In this document: piece by piece, positions 35,926 through 46,314 of the stretch
Numbering within the stretch: position 1 is the stretch's first letter
How the letters are laid out: each line of letters begins with the position of its first letter
NCBI RefSeq assembly: GCF_902713615.1
Contig: NC_052159.1
Coordinates: 27,765,709 to 27,829,708, forward strand
DNA: 64,000 nt
Reading direction: 5' to 3'
Source: Scyliorhinus canicula
Taxonomy: Eukaryota
Translations under genes and position numbers: made by a program
The notes under the pieces: model-generated
What the model saw: the letters and a program-made list of their open reading frames with translations, nothing else
Told to the model about the DNA's origin: nothing
The model's database searches: none

Positions 35926-36669
35926 ATGGATTTCAGCATGTCAAAACCAATAACGCTGAATGTAGGGGGAACGTTATACACCACTTCCCAAAAGACTTTA
36001 ACTCGCTATCCAGAATCAATGCTTGGCTTAATGTTTACCGGAACAATGACCACCAGCGTGGATCAGCAAGGAAACTACTTCATAGACAGAGATGGAAAAA
36101 TGTTTCGTTACATCCTGAATTTTCTTCGAACATCGCACTTGGACCTTCCAGTTAATTTCCAAGAGCTGGACCTTCTGAACAGAGAGGCTGATTTTTTCCA
36201 GATCCAACCTCTGCTGGAGGCTCTACAGATGGTCAAGTCGCCAGTTACTGAAATAAAAAATAATGTAATGCTTAACATCATTCACAACTCGAAGTCACAT
36301 AATGTTGGGTCCTCCACTGTAAAAATTGTCAACGTTCAAGTATTTTCCACATCCTGTGCCTTACTGAAAATCCTCAGTTCCAAATTTTACTATGTTTTCA
36401 ATGGAGATAATGTATCTGCAGGCACCAATCTGGAAGATCAGAAATTTATTTCGCTGGAATGGGTTGAAAGTAATGGAACTAGAATGGAAAGACATTATGT
36501 AATGCAGAATTGGAAAAGCCTCTATGTTTCACCAAGCCATAAGGAAATCCGAAATCTGGAAATGTTTGTTCAGCAAATCATAAAAATAGCTGTCGATGGT
36601 GGATTCCTTCTTCATTCCATTCCTTCTGTTTTATCCGATCCAGTGATTCTGCATTTCACTCAGTATTGA
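35926..36669 (+). CDS. KCTD21: BTB/POZ domain-containing protein KCTD21 (247 aa; alternative start 35938)
   Basis: MSKPITLNVGGTLYTTS...FIDRDGKMFRYILNFLRTSHLDLP matches the KCTD21 N-terminus; acceptor TTACAG| at 35915; position upstream of ALG8 in the same orientation matches human synteny. Confidence 0.9.
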   Translation: MDFSMSKPITLNVGGTLYTTSQKTLTRYPESMLGLMFTGTMTTSVDQQGNYFIDRDGKMFRYILNFLRTSHLDLPVNFQELDLLNREADFFQIQPLLEALQMVKSPVTEIKNNVMLNIIHNSKSHNVGSSTVKIVNVQVFSTSCALLKILSSKFYYVFNGDNVSAGTNLEDQKFISLEWVESNGTRMERHYVMQNWKSLYVSPSHKEIRNLEMFVQQIIKIAVDGGFLLHSIPSVLSDPVILHFTQY

Positions 36670-37472
36670 TAATACCGCAAGCCAACTAACACGTATTTCT
36701 GATCTTTTGGGTTTAAAAAAATAAATAGACGCTTCCTTTTTCTATTTAGAACAGCATTTATTACCAGCTGTGCACTTAGTTCTGTCATGTGTAACATCAT
36801 GAATGTTGATTCCTTTGGTGGTACAGTGGAATTTTGCAGTTGAGATTAAACTAATATTGCTAGATTCGCTTGCTCGAGGACACTTATTTTAAAATAAATC
36901 ATCCTAAATGTGCACATACATTTTTGAGAGTTGCTGACGCAATCTAATTTCTATTGGCGGGATGTCCTTGGCTGTACATTAATCATTGAATACTTTGTGG
37001 CTGCCTTGTCTGGCAGTCACCTCTTGAATCCATCTTTTAGTCACCTGGCAACTTATTCCTTACATTCTTTGTATAGAATAGACCTTTTTATTGTCCGGTT
37101 TCATTTTGTGTGTGTGATTACTCCTCTGAAGTAGCTTGGGATGTTACCCAGTGTAAGGGTTATGTGTCAATCAATTTGTTAACTTTCACAATGATGAATA
37201 TTCACTGTTGATTTTCTCTCATTACAGAAAACAAGGTTTGGCAATATTTAAATAAAAATGGAGGCAAAATTGGTCCTTAATAGTATTAGCAGTTGAGATT
37301 TGGAAAGAAATACTTATATTTGTACCACACCATATCAGAAATAAATCACAACAATTTACATTATATAAATGACTGTTTTTTCCTGTGGAATGCATGTTAT
37401 GTCAGCATATGTGGCAGAATCTACACACGGCAAGATTCCACAAATAGCTATTGCCAAAGAAAACTTTGATCG

Positions 37473-37795
37473 TAGAATCTACAGTGCAGAATGAGGCCAT
37501 TCAGCCCATAGAGTCTGCACCGGCTTTGGAAAGAGCACCCCACTTAATCCCACGCTTCTACTCCATCCCCGCAACCCAGCAACCCCACTTAACCTTTTGG
37601 ACACCAAGGGCAATTTAACATGGCCAATCCACCTAACCTGCACATCTTTAGACTGTGGGAGGAAACCGGAGCACCTGGAGGAAACCCACGCAGACACGGG
37701 GAGAACGTGCAGACTCCACACAGATAGTGATCCAAGCGAGAATCGAACCTGGGACCCTGGAGTTGTGAAGCAACGGTGTTAACCACTGTACCGCC
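37473..37795 (-). mobile_element. HE1-like SINE, CR1-type tail
   Basis: Reverse-complement head/core/tail. Confidence 0.88.
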
Positions 37796-38299
37796 TACAA
37801 ATGATGAAAAATAATTAAATTTAGTTGCACCTTACTGGACCAATGTGCATAACACAGCACTTAGAAGATTTTTAAAATGCATGGTAATATATTGGTTATG
37901 GAGTTGATCAGTAATACTATCTATGTTCAAATTCCTGCTGCAATTAAGTACAAGCAGTCAAGACTGGAGAAACAATCTCACTGCCTCATGCCCCCAAATC
38001 AAAGTTTACCTGCAGACAGATTTGTACATGATCTTACCCCATAAATATAACTTCAAGTGTTATGTTCCTGTCTTGGTTATCTGAGTACATTTTCCTATCA
38101 AATAATTAAAAATATTCCATTAAAACATACGACACACATCAGTGGGTAAGTGCACCGCATGGTTTGGTACTAACCTAATAGATTCTATGACAAGTTAGAT
38201 GATCCTGCTGGGGCAGTAATGGGGGAACTACAGTTGTTGCAGTGATTATAATCTGAAGGGATTGGGATGGTGGAGTGTAGTAAACCTGTACTAGTCCTG

Positions 38300-38670
38300 C
38301 CTTAGTTGGTAGTGCTCTGATCTTGGAGCCAGAAGGTTCTTGGTTCAAGTTCTGCTCCAGGATCTCAGCACAAAAACCAAGGCTGACACTACATTACCGA
38401 GGAAGTGCTGCATTGACTGAGGTGCAATCTTTCAGGTTAAACATGAAACTGAAGTCTCATCTCCCAGGGAGTCAGAAAAGATCCCTTGGCACTATTTTGA
38501 AAATGAAGTGAGTTCTCCCTGGTTTCCTGCCCAATATTTATCCCTCGGTCAACATCATGAAAGCATGTCTGATCACTGTCGCATTGCTGTTTGTGGGAAC
38601 TTACTGTGAACAAATTGGTCACTGTGTTTCCAACACTATGAAAGTATGTGATTGGCTGAAAAGTGCTTTA
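38300..38670 (+). mobile_element. Deu-domain SINE (SacSINE1/AmnSINE-related)
   Basis: tRNA-like head then GGCTGACACT...GAAGTGCTGCA...GATCCCTTGGCACTATTTTG...AATATTTATCCCTC...CATTGCTGTTTGTGGGA blocks characteristic of the Deu domain. Confidence 0.65.
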
Positions 38671-38856
38671 TGAAATGAAATGAAAATCGCTTATTGTCAC
38701 GAGTAGGCTTCAAATGAAGTTACTGTGAAAAGCCCCTAGTCGCCACATTCCGGCACATGTTCGGGGAGGCTGTTACGGGAATCGAACCATGCTGCTGGCT
38801 TGCCTTGGTCTGCTTGCAAAGCCAGCGATTTAGCCCAGTGAGCTAAACCAGCCCCT
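38671..38856 (-). mobile_element. GGGGCTGGTTTAGC-head SINE with TTTCA tail
   Basis: Reverse complement of the 19935 family. Confidence 0.85.
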
Positions 38857-38889
38857 GTGGTCGTGAAAAGTGTTATGTGAATGAAATTA

Positions 38890-39075
38890 AAATACTGAAG
38901 ATGCTGGAAATCTGAAATTAAAACAGAGAATGCTGGAGACTCGGCCGGTCTGGCAGCATCTGTGGAGGGAGTAAGTCTACTTTGAAGAATAATTCGGACT
39001 CAAATCATTAACTCTGTTTCTCTCTGTAGATGCTGCCAGACATGCTGTGTCCTTCCAGCATTTTCCATTTTAATA
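38890..39075. mobile_element. Degenerate palindromic Penelope-like element
   Basis: Inverted arms AATGCTGGA...TCTGGCAGCATCTG / AGATGCTGCCAGAC...TCCAGCATTT; same family as 22015. Confidence 0.55.
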
Positions 39076-40582
39076 TTACATAAATGCAAGTTTTAAAAAA
39101 TTCACCTTCAATGACTCCTGCTGGAAATGTCAATTGGGGCTTATTTGCTTTTCCTTCTCTTTGATCCCCACACTATTCATTCATCCATCTCACAAATAAT
39201 CACTGACACTCATAGAGTGAGCATTTCTCTCAGGTACCAGAGAGTTGCTCATATCCATCGAGGTGCTTGTCAAGCTAAGCTAAGGTACGATACTGGGAAT
39301 AAGAACTTTGAACCATGTTTGTGTAATTTGTATAACTATTGCTTACTTGCCAGCAGAAGTTGTTGTCAGAAGCAGATTTACAATGAAACACACTGTGCCT
39401 AGGCATGGGGCCCAGACCAATGTGGAGGCCCCCAGACCAAATGGGGGGCCCTCTTGCCGGCAATGCATTGGGCATCCAATCAGAGCCTGATTAATCTGAA
39501 TTTGCTGATAGGCTCAAATTATAAGTAGGCAATGCAGAGCAAAATCAGACTGATGGACGAGTCTGAAAAAGCGAGAAAACACTGATCCAAACTATACAAA
39601 TGGTTTACTTGAGGTGTGCACACGTGAAGACCTTTGATCAGGGCAGGTCGACAACAGTGAGGTCCAAGGCACCAAATGTCACCATGAGGTGAGGTCAACT
39701 GCAGAGGGAGCAGCAGGCGAGGTGAGCAGGAGGCTCGACCTAGGGCTGAGGGCAGGCCAGCAACAGAGAGGTGCCAAAAGCCACCACGAGGTGAGGTCAG
39801 GCGCTGGGCAGGGGGATCAGGCGAGGCAAGCAGGTTTGCGCCTCAAGCAGGTCAGTTCAGCAACAGCGAGGTGCCAATCCCTCCACAAGGTGAGATCAGC
39901 CAAAGGCCAGCAACAACGAGGCATGACATCCTGAAATAACCCTCAGCCGTGAGGAGATGATGAGTGAGGCAGGAGGCTGCCTTGAACACTCCAGGCGAGT
40001 GAGGGGAGTTAGATTTTCAGAATGGCAAGTGTGAGCGGAGACTGAAATGAAAAAAAATGATAATCGCTTTTTGTCACAAGTAGGCTTCAAATGAAGTTAC
40101 TGTGAAAAGCCCCTAGTTGCCACATTCCAGCACCTGTTCGAGGAGGCTGGTACGGGAATTGAACCCACTCTGCTGGCCTTGTTCTGCTTTACAAACCAGT
40201 TGTTTACCCCACTGTGCTTGGGATGGGGGGAAGGGTGTGAGGAAGTGGGGGAAAAGGAATGTATAAGGAGGCTAGCCAGGGTTGCAGATTTACAGGGAGG
40301 GAGAGTGCATGAGGGTCGGGTTGCATTTTGGATTGCTGGAGAGTTTCTGGTGGGGTTGGGGATCCATGGGGTGATTGTGAGGTAGGGATTGTGAGGAAGG
40401 GATTGTGAGGTAGGGTCAGGGGAGGCAGAGAGAAAGGTGAGTGCAGGGCCCCACAGACTATAAATCCGACTCTGGTTGCTGTCATTGCCAAGAGGTTTCA
40501 GAGACAGATTATCACTTGCAAAACAGTGGTCCTGACCTATTAATTGATAACACAGGCCTCTAGAATACCACATTCAATATAG

Positions 40583-41538
40583 ATGTTGCACGTTTTACTT
40601 GAGTGTAATTCGCGTTTATTGGAGTGTATTAACACACCTCCGTTTAAAGGCCGTGTGCTTAACACTGCTAGGCTCTATGTATGTATTTTCAGCTCAGGAG
40701 TCGCCAGGTGCCGTATCTAGACACCTCACAAATATTCCAAGGTCAGGTTCAAAGTAATAAAACGATACACCGATTAGTAAGTTCCAAACGATCAATATTT
40801 ATTATACAAATATAATAAATACGCATGCACACGCTAAGGGACTAAGCTACAACTAAACTAAGCAATCAGAATACTTAACTAAACAGGAACAGGCAAGGTC
40901 AGGGAGCGAGGCCTTCGTTCCGATCTTGGTCTGCAACCTTCAGAGAGTGTGCTGGTCGCTGGGGGTCTAGTGGGCCTGGTTCGCGTAGCGAGCGTCGTAT
41001 TGGCACTTATGGTTCGGCGGCTGTTGCTCAACGGCTGGAGTCAGGATACAGGTCGAAGTTCTTGGTCAAAGCCGGAGCACGAAACAACAGACAGGACCAT
41101 GTGTGGGGTCTATCTTTTATAGGGCCCCAATGTCCGTGCCTCTTTTGGGGCGGGCTTTACCTTCAGGTATCGATTGGACCAAATTCTAATCGATATCTTT
41201 TGAATTCCCCCAATGTGAGGGTCTCTTCTTGATGGAGGGGGCGGTTTCTATAGTGGATACTTCTGGTGCCGCTCTGTCTGGACATCCACTTAAAGTATCT
41301 ATTCAAACCTAAATGTTGCCATTGTGTGTGCCCAGATCTGGATTGCCTCATTAATATGCAAAGCGTTTTGCCATTAACACCTTTGGTCTGAGATCTTCCA
41401 CCTGGCCAGAAACTAGTTTTGCTGCTTGCAAAATGCTAATCAGTCTTTGCAGACTGCTGTCTTGGCTAAACTGTTTTTTCCCTGCAGTCTTAGCAATTCT
41501 CCATCTTATTAGTCCAGTGTCCATTTTAAGTGGCTACA
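40583..41538 (-). mobile_element. Probable long solo LTR (ERV/Gypsy-type)
   Basis: Minus strand runs TGTAGCCACTTAAAATGG ... TATAAAAG ... AATAAA ... GTGCAACA; shares layout and CGCCAGGT motif with 22826-23655; no clear TSD. Confidence 0.55.
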
Positions 41539-41562
41539 GTGGCTACATTGAACACAGAACAT

Positions 41563-44500
41563 TGTGGTAGTCACCACTGATGTACATATTGTATATATAG
41601 GATGTTGATAAAGGTGCTTTACGGTAAGGCCCTTGTACTACAGGTACGGGGGTAGATCTGTGCCTGCTGGCTCCGCCCAGTAGGTGGAGTATAAATATGT
41701 GTGCTCCCCCTACAGCAGCCATTTCATCAGCTGCTGCAGAAGGCCACACATCTCAGTGTAGTAAAGCCTTGATTACATCCTACTTTCTTCTTTACGTAAT
41801 TGATAGTGTATCAATTTATTACACTGAGTTTTTCAGAAATGGACCACCGCATCAAGCCGGATCGCCTGCAGCTGCATCCTCAAGCAGACAACGCCAAAAA
41901 GGACTTTGAACATTGGCTAGCCTGTTTTGAAGCGTACATCGGGTCTGCGCCAGACACAATTCCAGAAGCACAGAAGCTCCAGAACCTTTACACGTGGCTG
42001 AGCTCCAACGTCTTTCTACTCGTCTAGGACGCACCCACCTACGCAGAGGCCATGGCGCTACTGAAGGAAAACTACGCTCAGCGGACTAACAAAATCTACG
42101 CCAGACACCTCCTCTCCACACGGCGCCAACTTCCCGGTGAGTCGATGGAAGATTTCTGGTGTACCCTGCTTGCCCTAGTTAGAGACCTGTGACTGTCAGG
42201 CCATTTTGGCCACTGAACCTTTGAATCTGCTGATGAGAGACGCATTTGTTACGGGCATAGGGTCTGACTACATCCGCCAACCCCTTCTTAGAAGGGGCCA
42301 CGCTCGATCTCGCGGCAACCAAAAAACTAGTGCTCTCACTTACAGTTGCATCACGCAACATTCAGGACTATGCCTCCGACCGTGCGGCCCACCCCCACCT
42401 GTGCATCGTGGACTCCGCAGACGGCCGCTCCATCGTGGACCCCATCAGCGACTGCCCCCAGCCAACCCTACGTCTGTGCCGCGCGGCAACCAACTAACCC
42501 CGGGGCCCAAATGCTACTTCTGTGGGCAGTCAAAACACCCCCGACAGTGCTGCCCGGCACAGAGCGCCCTCTGTAAGGCCTGTGGCAAGAAGGGACATTT
42601 CGTTGCAGTGTGCCAGGCCCGCTCAATCGCCGCTATTGTCCTGGCACCCCCCACGTGCGGCCAGTGGGTGCCGCCATCTTCCCCTCCTCGGACCACGTGT
42701 GGCCAGTGGACGCAACCACCTTGCTCAACTCTCAGCACGTGCGACTCGTGGGTGCCACCATCTTGCCTTCCTCGCGACACGTGCAGCCCCAGGGTGCCAT
42801 CTTGCCTCCCCCATGACACATGCGGCTCGTGGCGGCCGCCATCTTACCCGACTCAGGACCCTTGCCCGTCGGACACCTCATCAGGCCGCTCATCGCCTGC
42901 AACTGCCGATGACCAGCCGCGTCTCGCCTCGGTCACGATTGACCAGTCTGGACCACACAACCTCGCGACTGCTTCAACTAAAGTGAAGGTCAACGGACAT
43001 GAGATCTCCTGCCTGCTGGACTCCGGGAGCACTAAGAGCTTCATTCACCCCAAAACGGTAAGGCGCTGCTCCCTCGCGGTACACCTCGCTAACCAGAGAA
43101 CCTCCCTGGCCTCCGGATCCCACTCCATGGCGATCCGGGGGAACTGCATCGCCACTCTCACTGTCCAGGGCGTGGAGTTCAGCGGCTTCCGCCTCTACGT
43201 CCTCCCCAACCTCTGCGCTGCCTTGCTACTCGGCCTGGACTTCTGTTGCAACCTCCACAGCCTAACCCTGAAATTCGGCGGGCCCCTACCACCCCTCACT
43301 GTGTGCGGCCTCGCGACCCTTAAGGTTGACCCACCTACCATTTTTGCAAACCTAACCCTGGATTGCAAACCCATCGCCACCAGTCCAGCGGCTGGTTCAG
43401 GAAGGCATCATCGAAGCCAGCAACAGCCCCTGGAGAGCCCAAGTGGTAGTGGTCAAAACTGGGGAGAAAAACAGGATGGTTGTTGACTACAGTCAGACCA
43501 TCAATCGGTACACGCAACTCGACACGTACCCCCTCCCACGCATATCTGATATGGTCAATCAGATTGCACAGTACCGGGTCTTCTCGACAGTGGACCTAAA
43601 ATCTGCCTACCACCAGCTCCCCATCCGTAAGGTGAACTGCCCATACACTGCCTTCGAAGCAGACGGCCGCATTTACCACTTTCTTCGGGTTCCCTTCGAC
43701 ATCACCAACGGGGTCTCTGTCTTCCAACGGGAGATGGACTGAATGGTTGACCGGTACGGACTGCGGGCCACTTTCCCGTACCTGGACAATGTCACCATCT
43801 GCGGCCACGATCAGCAGGATTGTGACGCCAACCTTGCCAAATTTCTCCACACCGCCACTCTCCTTAACTTCTCGTATAACAAGGAGAAGTGCATGTTCAG
43901 GGCAAACCGATTAGCCATCCTCGGCTATGTGGTCCAGAACGGAGTTCTGGGGCCCGATCCCGATCGCATTTGCCCCCTCGTGGAACTCCCCCCCTCCCAC
44001 TGCCCCAAGGCCCTCAAACGATGCCTGGGGTTCTTTTCGTATTACGCCCAGTGGGTCCCAAACTATGCGGACAAGGCCCACCCCCTCATTCAATCCACTG
44101 TTTTTTCTCTGACAGCTGAGGCTCCCGCTGGCAGGAGGTCATCCCCGACGCACTTCACTCCATTCAGTCACTCCTGTGCACTGCGACTAATGAAACCCAC
44201 CCCCATGGAATGTCTCTTTGCCTTCCCTAGGAAGTCCACCTCTGGGGTTTCGGTCCTGACATGGCTGGCTGCTCCAGGATCCATTCTCCTCCGTAGACAC
44301 GTTTGACTCCACAAGGCGGACCCGTTGGTTGAGAGGGTACAGCTACATCACACCAACCCACAGTAGGCTTACGTAGCGTACCCCAACGGCCGCCAAGACA
44401 TAGTCTCCCTCAGGGACCTGGCACCAGCTGGTTCCCCACACACCCACCCCTACGACCCGGCGCCACCCTCCCTTCCCCCTTGCCCACACCCAGGGATGAA

Positions 44501-44948
44501 GAGGATTTCGACACGCTCCCGGAGTTATCGAAGACCAAGCCGCCGCTGGAGTTGCCACCAGCACTACGGCGCTCTCGACGACAGATCAAGGCACTGAACC
44601 ACCTGAATTTGTCTTATTATCTGTACTTTTAAAATACAATTTTCTGTATACAGTTCTCCACCACCCCCGCCCGACTCATTATTTAACAGGAGGTGAATGT
44701 GGTAGTTACCTCTGATGTATATATTGTCTATAAAGGATGTTGATATAGGTGCTTTACGGTAAGGCTTCTGTACTACAGGTACGGGGGTAGATCCCTGGCT
44801 GCCGGCTCCGCCCATTAGGCGGAGTATAAATATGTGTGCTCCCCGTCCAGCAGCCATTTCGTCAGCTGCTGTAGGAGGTCACACATCTCAGTGTAATAAA
44901 GCCTCGATTACATCCTACTCTCTTCTTTGCGTAATTGATAGTGCATCA
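41563..44948 (+). mobile_element. Gypsy LTR retrotransposon (family A), RNaseH/integrase largely deleted
   Basis: 251-bp LTRs 41563-41813 and 44698-44948 (TG...CA, TATAAATA, AATAAA), 5-bp TSD AACAT, PPT-like AACAGGAGGTGAA, gag from 41839, CCHC knuckles, protease LLDSGS, RT (RMVVDYS, DLKSAYHQ, YLDN) with stops/frameshifts. Confidence 0.93.
42645..42850 (+). repeat. Degenerate ~40-bp tandem repeat between gag and protease
   Basis: About five units of CACGTGCGGC..GTGGGTGCCGCCATCTTG encoding TCGxWxPPS-like peptides. Confidence 0.7.
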
Positions 44949-45245
44949 AACATACAGAGCAGAAGGTGGCCATTCGGCCCATCGGGTCTGCACCGACCCA
45001 CTTAAGCCCTCGCTTCCACCCTATCCGCGTACCCCATAACCCCTCCTAACCTTTTTGGTCACTAAGGGCAATTTATCATGGCCAATCCACCTAACCTGCA
45101 CGTCTTTGGACTGTGGGAGGAAACCGGAGCACCCGGAGGAAACCCACGCGCACACGGGGAGAACGTGCAGACTCCGCACAGTGACCCAGCGGGGAATCGA
45201 ACCTGGGACCCTGGCGCTGTGAAGCCACAGTGGTAACCACTTGTG
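44949..45245 (-). mobile_element. HE1-like SINE whose tail was the Gypsy target site
   Basis: Reverse-complement SINE; its GAACA(T/C)A tail continues on the far side of the Gypsy element at 41550-41562. Confidence 0.8.
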
Positions 45246-45452
45246 CTCGACCTTCAATAGGACTTCAAAAAATTATATTTTAAAAAAGATCTGGAATATT
45301 TTATGGACGTTACTCCAGGAGTAACAGGTTCCCATTGAGTTGCTAACTTTATACAAATAGGGGTTCAAATGCTGCAGTATTGCCTTCACTCAGTCAGTTG
45401 CTTTGCTCGCACCAGCTGACTGCCAGTTTGAATAAAGTTGAATGAAAGAGCA

Positions 45453-45541
45453 ATGGCGGCGCCCAGTGCGAGCAGTTGGAGCTGGTTCGTGCCACTCGCC
45501 CTCGGTGTGACCCTGTTAAAGTCTCTGCTTATCCCGGCTTA
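45453..45541 (+). CDS. ALG8: ALG8 alpha-1,3-glucosyltransferase, exon 1
   Basis: MAAPSASSWSWFVPLALGVTLLKSLLIPAY, donor TA|GTAAGA. Confidence 0.92.
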
Positions 45542-46314
45542 GTAAGAGCTGCCCCGGGCACAGGGGTCTAATCTTCAAAACTAATTTTTTTAATGAAAGT
45601 ATTTTTCGCCGCGCAGGTCCGTGGAGAGGAGCGGCCTCGAGCTGCAGCTGTTATAAGTGCAGTTTTTAAAAAAAAGATTTGCATCAAATGTTTTTGAAAA
45701 CGGAGACGCGTTTTAAGGGTTATATCTTCACGCTAAAGTTGAAGGGCAGGTGTAAGCAGTGTATGTAATTGGGGATGTTTCTAGTTCTCTCCATTTCAGC
45801 AGCCATTTAATTTCAGTAACTCGGCTAATGGGTATGCCCACTGCCTTACCCAAAGCCACATTCTTATTTGTACCTGTGGATTGTTACTGTAAGGTACTTA
45901 CATTGGGGAAGGGTAGAGACAGAATGACCGACTCAATCTTGTCCACCCATGGATACACTTTCCCTGGACATTGATCTTGGATTATTTTCTTCTTCCCTAC
46001 CTAAGGGATTCTAGTCCTCCATCTCTACCCAGGTAGCATATTTCAATACTCTTGTAGTTTAAAGGGCACCCAGCCTGTCTAGTGCATCTTGCCAGGTCAA
46101 CAAGATCCTATCTGGTGTAAAGCTGTGGGCCTGAACTGCCCCTTCATTCTTTATACGAATCGGTGCAGTATCTCACTGCCAAATACATTTATCCAGTGAG
46201 TCATCACTGTGGAATGAAACCAAGTTGAGTGAATCTCATTCTAACTCAAGAGTAAAATGGGTCTACTTGTAACTTTGTAATTCATTTATGTGGAATGCTG
46301 TTTTTAAACAATGA

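Noticed and set aside
42645-42850. Repeat-spacer pattern reminiscent of a CRISPR array
   Set aside because: Degenerate coding tandem repeat within a Gypsy gag-pol in a eukaryotic genome; no unique spacers or cas genes.
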